From Trichoplax adhaerens (taxonomy: Eukaryota > Animalia > Placozoa): DNA of 64,000 nt. The first letter of the stretch is position 1. Every line of letters starts with the position of its first letter. Below the pieces are notes generated by a model. It saw only the letters and a list, made by a program, of their open reading frames with translations, did not search any database and had not been told where the DNA came from. The DNA lies in assembly GCF_000150275.1 (NCBI RefSeq), contig NW_002060952.1:2351128-2415127 (forward strand). Direction: 5' to 3'. The translations under genes were made by a program, and so were the position numbers. Below, piece by piece: positions 41,527 through 55,900 of the stretch.

Positions 41527-42000
41527 CTAACATTGCTCTCCTGTTCAGTTGGTCGCTAATTTACTTTACTAGCACAGCTCTCTGTTCAAGTTGATCGCTA
41601 CGTTTGCCTTACCAACATAGCTCTCCTGTTCAAGTTGATCGCTAATTTTACTTTGCTACCACAGCTCTCTGTTCAAGTTAATCGCTACTTTTGCCTTACT
41701 AGCACAGCTCTCCTATTTAAAGTTTTAATTGCTGTTTCCACATAGCGAGTAAAACTCTTTTGCTGAAGATTTTGATCGTTATTTCCACGTATGAGTATAA
41801 CTCTATTACTGAAGATTTTAATCACTACTTCTACTTGACAAGCACCACCCTCCAATTGAAGATTTTGATTGCTATTTCCACTTTGCTAGTATAACTCTCT
41901 GGTTCTCGATTTCAATCACTATTCCACATGATAATCACAACTCTCCTGTTCAAAGTCTCGATCGCTATTTCCACTTGACGAGCACAGATCCTGTTAAAGT
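41527..42000. repeat. Minisatellite: 42-44 bp A/B alternating units grading into 46-48 bp units
   Basis: GCTCTC(C)TGTTCAAGTT(G/A)ATCGCTA repeated 4-5 times, then GAAGATTTT(G/A)AT..CTA(T/C)TTC(C/T)AC at 41765, 41811, 41858 and onward. Confidence 0.9.
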
Positions 42001-43179
42001 GGATTCATACTATTTAAATAAGCTCCTTATTAAAATAGATTGTCTAACATTTGTTAGCAGTACCGCTTTAATTAGGTTATAAAGGGATGAGAAAGAAACG
42101 AGTGCAAGATTTTACATGATGGTATCCAAAGATCACGATAGAAATCATCCTATTTGTGTCTTTTCCAATCCTGATACAAAATGGATGATGAACTGTAGTC
42201 AATAACCCTCATACTCTTGATAGATTATAAGAGGATTAGAGTTGCCGCGACTTGAAATGCTTTATTTGAGTTTAAAGGGAGAAGAGCTCTTCAGTAACAT
42301 GTCATGTGTCTGCCCAAGGGCTTTTAATGCGTTGGCTATCGTCGAAATCTACAGTATTTATTTATCTTAGGGCATTGGCATATTTACTTCATTAAAGAAA
42401 GCAAACGGCTGCAAAAATCCTCAGTGATCGTATTCTTCCTAACTCTTTGAGTTGTAAATCCATTAGATACGCTAGCATAGTAGTTTTAAAATAAAATGAT
42501 GGACCAAGTCAAACGAATCCATTACGGCTACGAGTTCGATCCTTCCTTCATGGCCAAGGTAAATGGATTTAATGAACTCATTGGTTTTCTTTCCTTTCGT
42601 CCGTATTTTAATACCTACTTTACCATCTATGAACGCTATTTGAAATAAATTCTTCATTCTTAGATAGTAATTGCAGGCGAAGAGACAATAACTAGCAAAT
42701 GTTCTCTGCGATATTGATTGTATAAGTGAAATAGCCTAAAACGAGTAAGAAAAAACAAAGATCAAAGTTAATTTTTCCTTATGTCAACAAATTCACTCAC
42801 CAGCCAAGGATGACTAAAATTGTTTACTAGTGATCTATTCCATCTCCATCTTGACGCTATCTTATTCAAGTAGAGAAATAAAGGCAATAACCGTAACAGG
42901 CCTCTTTCAATGCCTATTCGATTCTTTCCTTATAAATATTTTAACTCGATCTATGGACAGCTATCAAAATCGATCGGTAAAACTGTAAGATCTCCATTTT
43001 TTTGAAGTTAATTAGATAGTTTTTAAGAATTTTGGACCCTATTTTAGTCACCATTTTTGCCGACATTGCCACCAGGAATAACCTGTAAAAGTAGTCTATC
43101 ATTATCATCATCAGGCCTAGATTCTTATTTAGCTAATTATCAATTTATAAGATGCTGCGTAGATTGAAAATTTCCCTTC

Positions 43180-44355
43180 CATACCATGTATCATCAATGA
43201 CTGATGAGTTAACGGCCTGGGACAAGTTTTGAGAATAGGCTATGCTAGTGTAGTAACCAAATTAAGATTATTTTACCTGCATTTTAGCAGCATGGCTTCC
43301 CCAAATTTCTAGTTTACTTCCCTTATCCGTTGTGATTAAAGATCACAACAGGTAGAAATCGGCTATATAAGCAGACCGAGACATGATATATCCATTAACC
43401 TTCATTAGATACTTAGACCCGAATTTTCCATATCATTTTAACTATCCTTTTAAATATTCTTTCTGATCCACTAGACGTGATCAAGTCCCAGCCTAATTAT
43501 GATTCTTGTATAGTGTATTATTCACAGTTGAGGCTGAGATAGGAATAATCTGTAAATGAAGTTAGTCCATCATGGTCATCATCAAGACTATATCTGTATT
43601 TTACGAATTGCCAATTTATAAAATGGCTACATAGATAGACAATGTTCCTTGTATTGAATGTATCATCATGATTGATGAGCTAAGGGATAGCGATAAATTA
43701 TGAGAATAGGGTACACTAGCAATCAAATCATATTATTTTACTTGTAGTTTTTCAACAAATGGCTTCCCTACTTTCTACTTTCCCTTATCCCTCTCTACCT
43801 GTAATTGATGACCAAAACAGGCAGAAATCAGCGAGGCTAACAGAGCGAGATATCGGGTGACCAATAACCCTTTGAGTTCCTACTAATTCAACTTGGAGTT
43901 ATTAAAATTGAGCAAATTTCTAGCGTGTACCATGACTTTTAGTGCTACGGTACTCCATATCGCTACTACTTTGAGCTAAAATGGCTACATGGATGCTTAG
44001 GTTTCAAAACTTGGACAACGCTTTAGATATCGTTGCTAATTAATGAGGAAATTAACAGAATCACATACTTTGACAGAACACCATAATGGGAGCTCTATTT
44101 CTTTAAAGGTTTACTCAACAGGTTTAGGATTATATTCCTGAGCAAGTCTTGAACGCGATCATGCCTTAATATATTGCGCTCATTTTGCCTTGATATTCTT
44201 CCTAATAAAGAAGCTAATAGATTACATGCTTTGACAGAATATCATGATGAGTACTCTATTTCTTGGAAGGTTCATCCAATAGTTTTAAGATTGTATTCTT
44301 GAGCAAGTCTTGAACACAATCATGCCTTAAAATATTTAGTTCATTTCTGCCTTGT
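43180..44355. repeat. Two local duplications (~470 bp period, then ~161 bp period)
   Basis: TGTATCATCA(A)TGA(C/T)TGATGAG(T/C)TAA at ~43187 and ~43660; CTTTGACAGAA...TGAGCAAGTCTTGAAC(G/A)C(G/A)ATCATGCCTTAA at ~44068 and ~44229. Confidence 0.82.
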
Positions 44356-46629
44356 AGTTGATTGAACATATTCAGTGTTTTATTGCTGAAAAGGTTTCTG
44401 ACAGAGTTATGCTTTGAAATCTTTCATTCATTGCTCTTAATGTAAACTGAATCCATTCAGGATTCTATTTTTTAGGAGATACTTGAATAAAAAATGGAAA
44501 ATCTTTCTATTTGGTCTACGTCCATGTACTATTAGAATTGATCTTTGCTATTAACGGGGAAGGAGGATTATTCCCTTATTTTGTAAAGCAGCCTTAATCA
44601 TTTCAATAACTTGTGAAGTAGACAGATAAATGTTCAATCTTCCCGTTTAATCTACGTACGTATGCTAATGGAATCAATACGTACTATTAAAAGGAATGAG
44701 GATCATTCCGATATTCGATAAAACTGCCTTAATCCTTAGCCGTTAAATTTATGCATATAGATAGATTTGTTTCAATCCCATTCAAAATGAGCCCTATCTT
44801 ATGCAATAACGACGCCAATTATCTAAGGATGAAAAGAGTTACGCCACAAAGTTCTATAATGCATTCCACTGCCTTATAATTAATAGTCAATATTGACCTA
44901 ATTGAAACGTGATAAATTCTCCTTCGTTCATCTCCTGCTGATCAGATAGGCCTGCCTTTCCTATCCATGAATAACTCATCATGAACGACATAACATGCTC
45001 AATTAGACTCTGCAGTGATATTTCGTACATTATACTAAATCATTGAACATCTTTCAATTAACCCTAAAGATGGATTAACTAAATAAATAACCTTCTAGAA
45101 ACCCAAACTCTTTTCTTACTAAATGACATTTTATTGATAGAAGCACATTGTTTGAACTCAATCATTCCCATCGAATCCTATACAAGTGCTTTTAGGCATG
45201 GTAGAAATATCTTTATTGCTGAATAACTTTTTTTAAATCACAAAAGAAGATTCTATAGAAGTACTCTATCCACATATTATAAATATTCTATGATTTTAGT
45301 TTTATTTGGTATGGTACTCCAATTTCAATCTCATAGGAAGGAAAGCCTACCATAGAGGATGCGAATATTCCATCGTTGACTGATATTGAGTATTTCTAAT
45401 TTCATTCATAAACTGCCAAACTGCCGTAGCCTCTGCTATATGCGACTTTAAGAATTTAATAGATAATTACTCCATCATACTTTATTGATATTTAACGTTT
45501 CTAATTTTATTCATCAATTTGACATATAGTGCTTAAAGATGAATCTCCTGCAATTGATAGAGAATTCCATTAAACATTATATTGCTTTACAGATGTTTAG
45601 TACTTTAATTCCATCTCTAAGCTGTCAATCAAAGTCTTAACTTCTATTCCGCACGACGGAAAGGATATTATACTGTTCGATAGATTTAGTTATAATTGGG
45701 TTTCCAAGTAGATACATAAACAGACAAATTACTCCTTAAGTTCATTCTTATACGATTGAAGCAATATACCACGCGAATATAAGTATTCCCATCACTTTGT
45801 TGATATTTGGTATTTCTAATTTAATCCCGTAAAAGTGACAATCTATGCTTACGATTAAAAGTATAGTAAAGCCAATTAGTTTGTCGATTTATAGAATTCA
45901 AGATTTTATTGCATATAATTCTCCACAGCCGGAAGCTACTGTGTAAAAATAAATCTTGACAATGCTGTATATGTATATTATATAAATATTCGATCACTTT
46001 GTTGATATTTGATATTTCTAATTTCAACCATAAAAGCGCCAATCTATACTAAATCCAACCTGACAATTAAAGAGGGCAGTAAAGCTAATTGATTTGTCCT
46101 TATGCAAAATTCAAGGTTTTAATTCATACATCTCACTACTGACAAAAACTATTACGTAAAAATAATCTTAAAATCAGAACTAAATACTAACGTAAACAAG
46201 TAGGTTAATATACCAAAATGTAACTTTTATCCATCCTCTTTACTCTATTCCTTTTACTTAATTCGAAAACTGGCTAAATCAGATCTTAGTACCTATCTAC
46301 GTAGAGGTAAATTAAGTTTTAGAATAATATGACTAACTATCACTACTACACATAGATAAATAATCAAAATCAACTATCCTCTTACAATGTTGTTGGAGAT
46401 TTTATGCCACCTAATCAAGTTTCATTTTTATGCTATAAGCGTATAGTTTTGATAATTAAAGAAATTAGAGTAGTATTTCCTATTGTTCAAGCTTCCTGTC
46501 ATTAAACTATCAATACTATCGAATCTCAACTGATTTACTCATTGCCTATTAATGCCAATCGAGACACAAATTTACTTTGTTTTTATTTTACGTTCACTAA
46601 CCAAATATCTTCTTTCTTCTTTCTATCAG

Positions 46630-46771
46630 TGTTAGGTTAGAATTATCTGCTACAAATCGATAATTGCAAGTACTCAATCCTACTCCCATTGGTAAGGCAG
46701 CCAAAATTGAATTTTTTTCATTATTATTGATCCAACTATACTGATCCAATCGACATTGTGGCTGAAGTCAG
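46630..46771 (+). other. Probable non-coding 5'UTR exon of the RhoGAP gene
   Basis: A pyrimidine tract with TATCAG| acceptor, a GTCAG|GTAAAT donor, and a next acceptor CTTTTAG| at ~46867 before ATG 46982, which has an in-frame upstream stop. Confidence 0.5.
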
Positions 46772-46981
46772 GTAAATAATATCGATACTTTAATACGCCT
46801 TAGTTTCGTTACATAAGGAATCTTATTTTATACCATCTCTACTACATCCTATTATTACTTCTTTTAGGAGAGAAAGCATACTAGAACTACACAATTTGGT
46901 GAATTCAAATATTTTGCGATTAATATTGCAAATAAATTTACACACATAGTGAAATAGAAGTCCAACTCACTAAATTTAGCA

Positions 46982-49900
46982 ATGCCACGATTTGCAAAGG
47001 GCAAAGCCGTCAACGGTGGCAAATCTCAAATAAAGCAAAATAATCAGACACAAAATGCAAACCATTATAGTGATAACGGAGTAGTTAATGACAAAAATAG
47101 CGATGATATCATGGAACTTACCTATGATGTTAACTCTTTCTCCAATGCTATGACACGACTGAAAGAATCTCTAAAAAATCGCAAAAGTAAGTCTTTGATA
47201 ATCTAGGATGAAGATTCAGATATCTAAGGTATCTTATAATTTGAAAATCAAATTCAGTTAATAAGACAAATGGAAAAATTAAGATACTTAAATAGATAAA
47301 AAACTAAATTCTTCAAGAAATTGAAAATCTATCATTCCTATTTTATAACCAAGATGTGATAATGGCTATCTAAAATTATACTCGTAACTATAACCAAGAT
47401 AGGTTGAGCACCGTCAAAAATATACTTTTGTGATAAGATGACATACTACGACTGAATCCACAATGTAATTTATCAATCCTATTTAAAACCAAGACGTGTT
47501 AATAGCCATCTAAATTATACTTGTAATTATAGCCCAGATAGGATTGAGCACCATCAGTAAATATATTTGCAGTAAGATAAAATGCAAAAACTAAATTTAA
47601 TTTCCTTCTTAACTTCTCTTCTAATATAGGCAATAATGATGATTCTATAGAAGAATGGGTAGGTGAAGTTGTTAGTATTTTAAAAAGAATTACTGAAAAA
47701 AATACGGATTTGGTATCCAATTCTGAAATAATGACATCGACTAGGACACTATTGCTTAAAGTTAACGGTAATAAAAGAATTTATTTCCATATAGAAGTAC
47801 TATCAGAATAGTCCTGCTAATCATTACCACGTAAATAATTGAATTAATTAGCCAGAATTGAAAATCTTATCAACGTGTACCATTTCTATCTTCTTGCCTA
47901 GATTACAGCATCAATGAATGTACAGAAAAAGAGGTTATTGAAGCTGCAGTTCATTTAGAATTAGCTCTTACCGATGGGTAAGTACAGATTATGAATTTTT
48001 CTCTCACAAGACCAGTTACAGTTGTTTCTTCAATCCTACTCGCTTTAATGTAGGCATTCTAATTTAGATTTAAAAATAATCAATATAAAATTTAAACGCA
48101 TTTCGTAAGACTGTTTAGAGAAACCTTCCCTACTTTATTCTGCTTTAGTATTAACAAATATATTTATTGATTTAGATATAAAAATCAATAAAATTTCGAT
48201 TTCGCAATTTAGAGAATCTCTTTACCTTTTTTCATTTCTAGCGTTGCCAAATCGGTTAAAGTCTACTTTAGATCTAAATCAGTAAAAGTTAAATATTTTT
48301 CATATGGCGATTTAGAGAAATTTTTTCTCTATTAATAAAAATACTAAGGACTAAATTAGATTTCACTCCTTAAAATATATTCGTATACGTAATAACATAG
48401 GACCATTTCGAGAAACTCTGAAACTCTTCTCTCACTAATGAATACTTCCTTTTAATTTTATCAATATCACAATTCTAGTTTAGATGCAAATCAGTAAATT
48501 TAGATGCATTTTGCTAGATAGTTTCAGTATTTTCTTCGTCTTTTATTATTGTTCAGCATCACCAATACCGTTCCTCTGCTTTAGACTTTAATTGCTAAAA
48601 TTTTCTTAACAATCTACCATCTAATTCTTCTTTGGCATTAGTATATAAATCGTGTCTGGCGCAAATTGTCAAGCTTAACTTATTTCTTCAAATATCTAAC
48701 AAATCTCTATAGAATTACCGATTTAATTGACGATCAAAGTGAGAACAATGATTTAGAGAGCGACAGCAAAGAATCCAACACAAATGATAGCCAAATAGAT
48801 ATTTCTCCTGGTAGTATTGATTATTTACAATCTAAAGCAGCAGGGACTCGAGATAGAGGTAAATATATATAATATACATATATATATATAATTTTAAAGA
48901 AATATAGAGGCATTTTTTTTAATTATTAATTTTGAAGTAATAGCCGCCCTAATTAATATTTACCAATCAATTTCATCATTATCAACACCCAAAATAAGTA
49001 TAGTCCTGGCTAATATTTCTTTATGTCATTGGTTTTTTTTAGATGTTCTAAACTTAAACATTTCTCATCTATGATACCTTTAATTCGCTTCTTTATTAGT
49101 ACATAGTAAAGATCCGCAAGCTATCGATCATTTGCTGCAAAAAACTGACAACAGCATGGAAATATCCTTACAGGTAGATCAGCCGAGAAAAGCGAAAGAA
49201 AAAGACATCAATTTGAATTTCTATATTACGGTATTGCTAAATTTAACTCGTTTCCTTCGCTTTTGATGATAGTATGCGAAGTCTTGGCTAAAATATGCTA
49301 AGGAAATATCTACGTATGTTGAGAAGAGGTCAAGACTAGGTTAGAACACTATTTTATATTCTCATTATTCTTAGACTTCAATTAGAGGTCTATAGGAGTA
49401 ATCTATCAAGAAGCTCAGATAGCTCAAATTATTTATAACACATAAATATTCCATTTTAGAATTGGATTATGCTAAAAGTTTAAGTAAATTAGCCCAACAA
49501 ACACGCCAGGCTATAACCGAAGAGGTAGATACACAATAAATGAGTCATTTTATTTAATTTGATATTTGAAAATTTTAGCTCAAGCATGACAGCGAAATAA
49601 TAAAATACCCCATAATATATCATTTTCCAATCCTATTTTTACATTTTCTATAAACTTGTAGCCATTCCTGCCATTGCAGTCCGTCTTTTGTACCTCCGTA
49701 GACAGTGTAAGCGCCGTACATGATAGAAAAAGAATTTAACACCATACTCAAAATTATGTAAAGTGATATATTATTTCAAATTATCCTTTTGTAATATAGG
49801 ATATTGAATATAGTAACGTTGTTCAACAACTATACAACAACCAATTGAACTTGAAATTTACTGAGGTGAGTTAACTCATATATATACCGTACATACTTAT

Positions 49901-52900
49901 CAATCCTAAATCTACGCTGCTGTTCGTTGTAGAAATATAGAACTCATAATTATAATTTGACTATTAAAAGAAGAATTAAAGCTAGTATAACAAAATGTAA
50001 CAGATTTAACTGAACGTCAGCTTAAGTAATTCAAATATGATTTCGTTCATGAAAGATAGGATAACATATATATACATGCTTGTTAGCGAATTTTCAGCAT
50101 CTATTCCAATGAGAAGATATACGAAACGAGAATTTTTCATTTTTCGCAGAATTATTCTACATTCAGTCATATATTTCCGCAAATAATCCTTACATTTCAA
50201 TTAGAAGATCATTTAAGATATGAAGTGGGAATCCTTTTTTAAAAGCAATTTTAGAGCACTTTTCCGCGTAATTTAATAGTATCATAGCTAAAGACTGCTC
50301 CGTACGCGAAAATTTTTGATATCTTATAAAAGGAGCTTAAAGCGTCAAATTTTGAGTCGTGCTATGCAATAATACATTGATAGACTAATAGAAAAATTGG
50401 CTAATAGTTAAAAGCGACGCAATAATCGTAAACTTAGGACATTTTTTTATGAGTATAAAACATGAGACTCAATGCGATTGTATGTTATAAACCTGTAGAA
50501 AGAGTTGAGTACCGTAACTAATAGCTAAAAATTGTACAATAATCACAAATTTGATCCTCTTGTAAATATTAACCATCAAATTCATCTTAGTAATGATATA
50601 TTATGCGATACAGTGCCGCAACTAATAGTTAAAAGTTGTGCAAAAACCAGCAATTTGATCCTCTTGTGAATATTAAGCATCAGACCTATCGTAGCAATGA
50701 TACTATGCGATACGATATATCTAGATTTATAAAATGAGTATAAACTGAAAATTGTCAATTTTAGACAATTTATTGCATATATATTATTATTAGTGATGTG
50801 TAATATTTATTATATCCATTAAAATAAGTATAAATCTGGGCAAACATGACAAAACTGAATTGCTTAGTAAATATCTTTATATAAAGAATATTGCCATAAC
50901 TCCTAGACTTTAATCCATATTATATTTCTTTAAACTATTATTGTTTACAGCCATTAAATACAAGACGAAATGAGCATGATGCAGCTAGAAAAATTCTTAA
51001 AGATAGTTGGATGAAATTAGACAAGAAATATGTAAGTTCTAATCTTTCATCTACCTCAAATTTTACTTGAAGGTCTTTACAAATCTTTACGATCATCAAA
51101 GGCCATTTAATAATAAACTGAACTAAAGTGAAACTTTAATTCAAAATATTTAGCAAGATGCAAAGAATAATATCAAAAAAGCCAAGAATAATTATAAAGC
51201 AAGAGTGCAAGAACATGTGAAGGTAAGCTACTTTTCAAGTTTTATTTCACACTACAAACTCTTACTCCTACCGTAGATTACTTTATAGTAACATCTATAG
51301 TAAACTCTATGACTGTATTTTTACATCCACAGTTATTTTAAATTTGCTTGATATTTCGTAGTGTTCAATTTTTAAGCTCGTACCTTAGACTTTAATAATA
51401 TTGTTCAACTATTTTCGCTCTACATTTTTCAAACTTAAATGTCATTAGTTCTCCCTTCCTAGCTCGCATTTAGGATATTGTCACTGCTATAGACTAGAAG
51501 AGTTTGTCAAAGATGCTTTCTGGGCATTTTTACAATTTCCATTTCCTAATGTCTTATTGTATCAAATTCAGTCATCCAAATAATGCAAAAGTGTAAATTC
51601 TCATAGATATTGAGTAACTTTATAGCATAATGTAGTATCAACAAATATGCTAGCAGTAGTGACAATTTAATCAATTTTAAATCTGTAACAATCTTCAAAT
51701 ATCTATTCAAACAATACTAGTAACAGAATAATCTAAACAGAACAACATATCACATATAAGAGCTATAGAATATCAAGTCATTAAGTTGTGGGTTATTTTT
51801 CTTCCATTTTAGTTTAAAAGTAGTACCAAAGGTGAAATTATAACAGGCAAGAAGAAGCGTGAAGAAGATGAAATAAAACACAGGGTATTTAAACTAGCTT
51901 TAATCCTATAACCATAACAACATTAATTGGTTGTAAGAAGCATGTGATATCCAAAATCCAAAATTCCTCTACTTATAATTTTCTATTTCTATAATTACTA
52001 CTAATGGTCAGGATTAATAATTATACTTCAGGAGTCAATAAGAAATATTTCTAAATTTCGGTTCTAGATTGAGGACGCTGATGTTACTTTAAAAGCCGCA
52101 ACAGTAGAGGCAGAAGGTATTCAAGAAAATCTACAAAAATCCAAGGTGAGTCATTAAGATCAATCAAATTTAGCGATAGTTTTTTACCAACTAAATGGAA
52201 TCACGATGGTATTTTAGGACAAATTTCTCGTTGAGCTGAGGCAGTTAATACTCCAGTGCGATGTAACTTTAAAGGCAGTAACGGCAAATTATTTTCAAAT
52301 GAGGAATACAGCGTTATCGCCATTCCCAGTACAAGTAAATTGATGTAGAATCACATTTTCTTCATCTAATGTTCACTGTTATCGACACTGAAGGCTTTCT
52401 AATAAGATCATCTGCTTCATTCTTAATATGTAATTTAGTATCAAACTTTATCCGACAATGCCAAAATGTATGAACCAGGAACACAATTTATTGAATTTTT
52501 AAGTCATCGCCCAGAAAATGCAGAAGTAGAACCACCTTCAGCTACCGCAGACATGGACCGTTACAATTTCAGGTAGACTTTGATGTCAAGACACGCCATC
52601 AAACTTTTTCTATCCTATTCATTGCTGCAGTCTTCAGTTTTACGTAAATAGGCTAGCGATTAGAGTTTTAGTTCATCTACTTGGATGTCATTATGAATAC
52701 TTTTTTCGGATGGAAATACACATTGCCATTAGGCGTATAATTTTCTATCTACTTAACTGGATTACAATTATAATTGCAAAGATTCTTTTAAAATTGGATG
52801 TTATTTCCGTTTCTGTCAATAAGTTTTTAATTTTTCTCAACTTTATTACAAAATATCTTGTTAATTGAATGTACTGTATCATTCTACATGTAATTCACAC

Positions 52901-55900
52901 CTATCATGTCGATTTTTATTATAATGCATCTCATAGGTAAAGATGTAAATAATAATCGTTATAATTCATATTCATGTTTTTAGTGGCTCTTTTTATTGCA
53001 GCTTAAGGTGTAAGATTATGTCTTACTTTTTACCAGCAATTTACGTATTCACCTCAATTTTATTAGCAAGACACTCTATAATGATCTACTTAACCTTTTG
53101 GCCATTATAACATCTTATGTCTTCTCATTAATCGTAAAAGTGACTATAGTGTACATTACGATCTCTATTATGGTTGCGGCTAAAATCCACGAGCTCACCC
53201 CTTTTACTACCAAAAACTTATGAATAACCTTACCGTTATAACCATAATTTATCTATTTTAATTTTTATTCGATAGTAACATCTGTGCAGCCTAAGACTAT
53301 GACCGCAATTTATTTAATCATTTTAATTTTATTACAAAGATCTCATAACCTAAGATTTTGGCTAAAATTTATCGGTTCATTTTTGTCTCATTACATAGAT
53401 CCTGATAACCTAAGATTGTAATTATAATTTATCGATCAATTTTTTGTTTTATAATTTCAATTGCAGACGATGGCCATAATTTATCTATTCATTTTTTTAT
53501 TGCAAAGATCACTATAGCCTAAGTTTTGTTCATAATTGATTGATCAATTTTTGTTTTATACTTTTAATTGAAGACAATAGTCATAATTTATCTATTAAAT
53601 TTTTTTATCGCAATGATCTTCACAATCAAAAATTGTGGCCATAATTTAGCTATTAATTTTTGCTTTATACGTTTAACTTACGACTAAGGCCATAATCTAT
53701 CCACTTTTGTTTCATTGCAAAGATCCTTATGACCAAGATTATGGTCATATTTGATCTATTAATTTTTGTTTTATTGCAAAGATTTTTTTGGCCTAAGATT
53801 GCGGCCAAAACTGATCTATTTTTTATGCTGTTGCAAGCGTTCTCGTAACTTAAGATATACTATACTATTTCTAGCTATAATTCGTAATCTATTCCGATCT
53901 TATTATCGAAAATCTTATATATACTAGTTTATTACTGACATACATGCATGTGATACTCTATGTTAACATAAGATATTTCCTATTTATTAATTTATTGTAT
54001 ACCTATGCTGCTGAAGACTTTAATGTACTTTCAATCTTGAATTGTATGCATTTTCTTACTGCTATAGTTCTCGCCGACAAGAAGAAGAAGACGGTCTGTC
54101 TACTGATCCCCTTAATAGAAGTTATGATTCCAGCAAGAGCTTAGCATCAGCATTTCAAGAAGACTTAGACGGTTCTGTAAAGCATAAGAATGCTTCGACA
54201 GATTTAGAACCCGATGAAGCTTATAAACATCGTGGACGCCGAGGTAAGACGATAAGGGCTTGGAGTTTGATTCTAATTGAACCGGATGCCTATTCAAAAT
54301 CAAATAATGGTTTAACCCTATAATTTATAACAATTTTATTTAACTCCTTTTTCCTTTAATTTGCAATAATGTTGCTATCATTGACGTATCCAAACTAATT
54401 ATTTACCGGTACTTTTTTATCGCAGACGGCGGACAAGTAGCTCGAGCCCTAGCGATAGAATTATTTTCATCACCTGGTCCTTTCGCCAACATGGCACTTT
54501 CTACACCGGCTAAAACTCACGTCTTACGAAAGTTGAAATCACCATCGCGTTGCCAAGAATGTGATTCTTTCCTCTACTTTTCTGGAGCAGAATGTGAAAG
54601 AGTAAGTAATGCACATAGCAAATTCGAATTCTATCAAAATGATGCGCGATTATTTTCTCAATGCAATTGTATTCTAAGAATAACTAATACCAATGATACC
54701 ACAACATTAACCAAATTGAATTGAACTATTAGTGCGGCTTAACATGTCATAAGAAATGCTTGGAAAAACTAAGTATCAGCTGCGGATCTAAGGTACTGCA
54801 TCTTATAAGCAAATAAGAAAACAACGTCAATGCATGTATTTGAGTTAAACTAAGACAAGTTTAAAATTGTTTTACTAATAAAAGTTGCCTCTAACCTTTC
54901 CTTATCTTATTGTATTGTTAGCATCATCGGAAACTATCGACCTTTGGTGTAGATATCCATGATCATCTAGTAGCAACAAATCAAATTGGAGTTCCTATAA
55001 TTGTATCGGTGTGCATTAACGAAATTGATAAACGGGGTCAGTCATGAAAGCGTTCTACGGCTACTTCATCAATCTTTTAGGCTAACTATTAATTGTCTCC
55101 TATTTTTTCTTACTATTTCTTTCCATCACTTGCAGGTTTAAAAACTCAGGTACTTTAATCATAATATTTATTACTATCATTTTCATTCATCTTTTCTATA
55201 TGCGATCATCATTTCAAAAGATTATAACCACGGATAATATTGAATACAACATTCGCTAGATATTAATAGATCATTTGATTACGTTAACTTCTTCCCTATC
55301 TCATCACGCTAATAAATCAGTCTCAGCTTGACTCCTATTATTACAATTATTGCTGTCTTAGGTTTTGCAATAATTTTCTACCCATTCCGTAGCTGTAAAT
55401 AACTGATAATATTTATAGATTGAAAATAAACATTAATTGTAGACCTTATAAGGCCAAAAATATTGATTTCTTATTCGATTATTATCATAAAAGGGAATCT
55501 ATCGGATATCCGGTGTAAAATCACAAGTTGAGAAATTATGTCAGGTATGTTTAATTTTGTATTTCGATGATGATTTTATCGATAAATGCCTGTATAGGAG
55601 ATCGATTGTCTTTTGCAGTAGCTTTCCTTTACCAGAGATTAACAATGTCGATAGACTTTCCATTTCTTCGCAATTATATCAACTAGTACGTATAAATTGA
55701 TTTTATACCCAGTCGCCTCGTAGATCTCTTCTAATGATGGCAACCTTCCCAATGATGCCTAGTACAATATTGATATTTTCGCTATCCCGGACATTATATA
55801 GGATAAATTGTCGTGATAGTCATGATATTAGACCTAAAAGTTTAAAAAAGTCAGTACAACCATAATTCTCATCTTTTTAAGTATCATCTATGATAACTAT

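Noticed and set aside
41527-42000. CRISPR-like appearance of short regularly spaced repeats
   Set aside because: The entire unit is homologous (no unique spacers), the repeats are degenerate, the context is eukaryotic, and there are no cas genes.
29887-45821. Many 60-90 aa ORFs in the track (e.g. 29887-30084, 30311-30502, 31593-31947, 34169-34824, 38948-39632, 42472-42657)
   Set aside because: Rich in I/L/F/Y/N/K as expected from random AT-rich DNA, often with non-ATG starts; intronic or intergenic, with no domains.
53944-54303. Overlapping ORFs 53944-54144 (+) and 54112-54303 (-)
   Set aside because: Alternative-frame and antisense shadows of RhoGAP exon 54068-54243.
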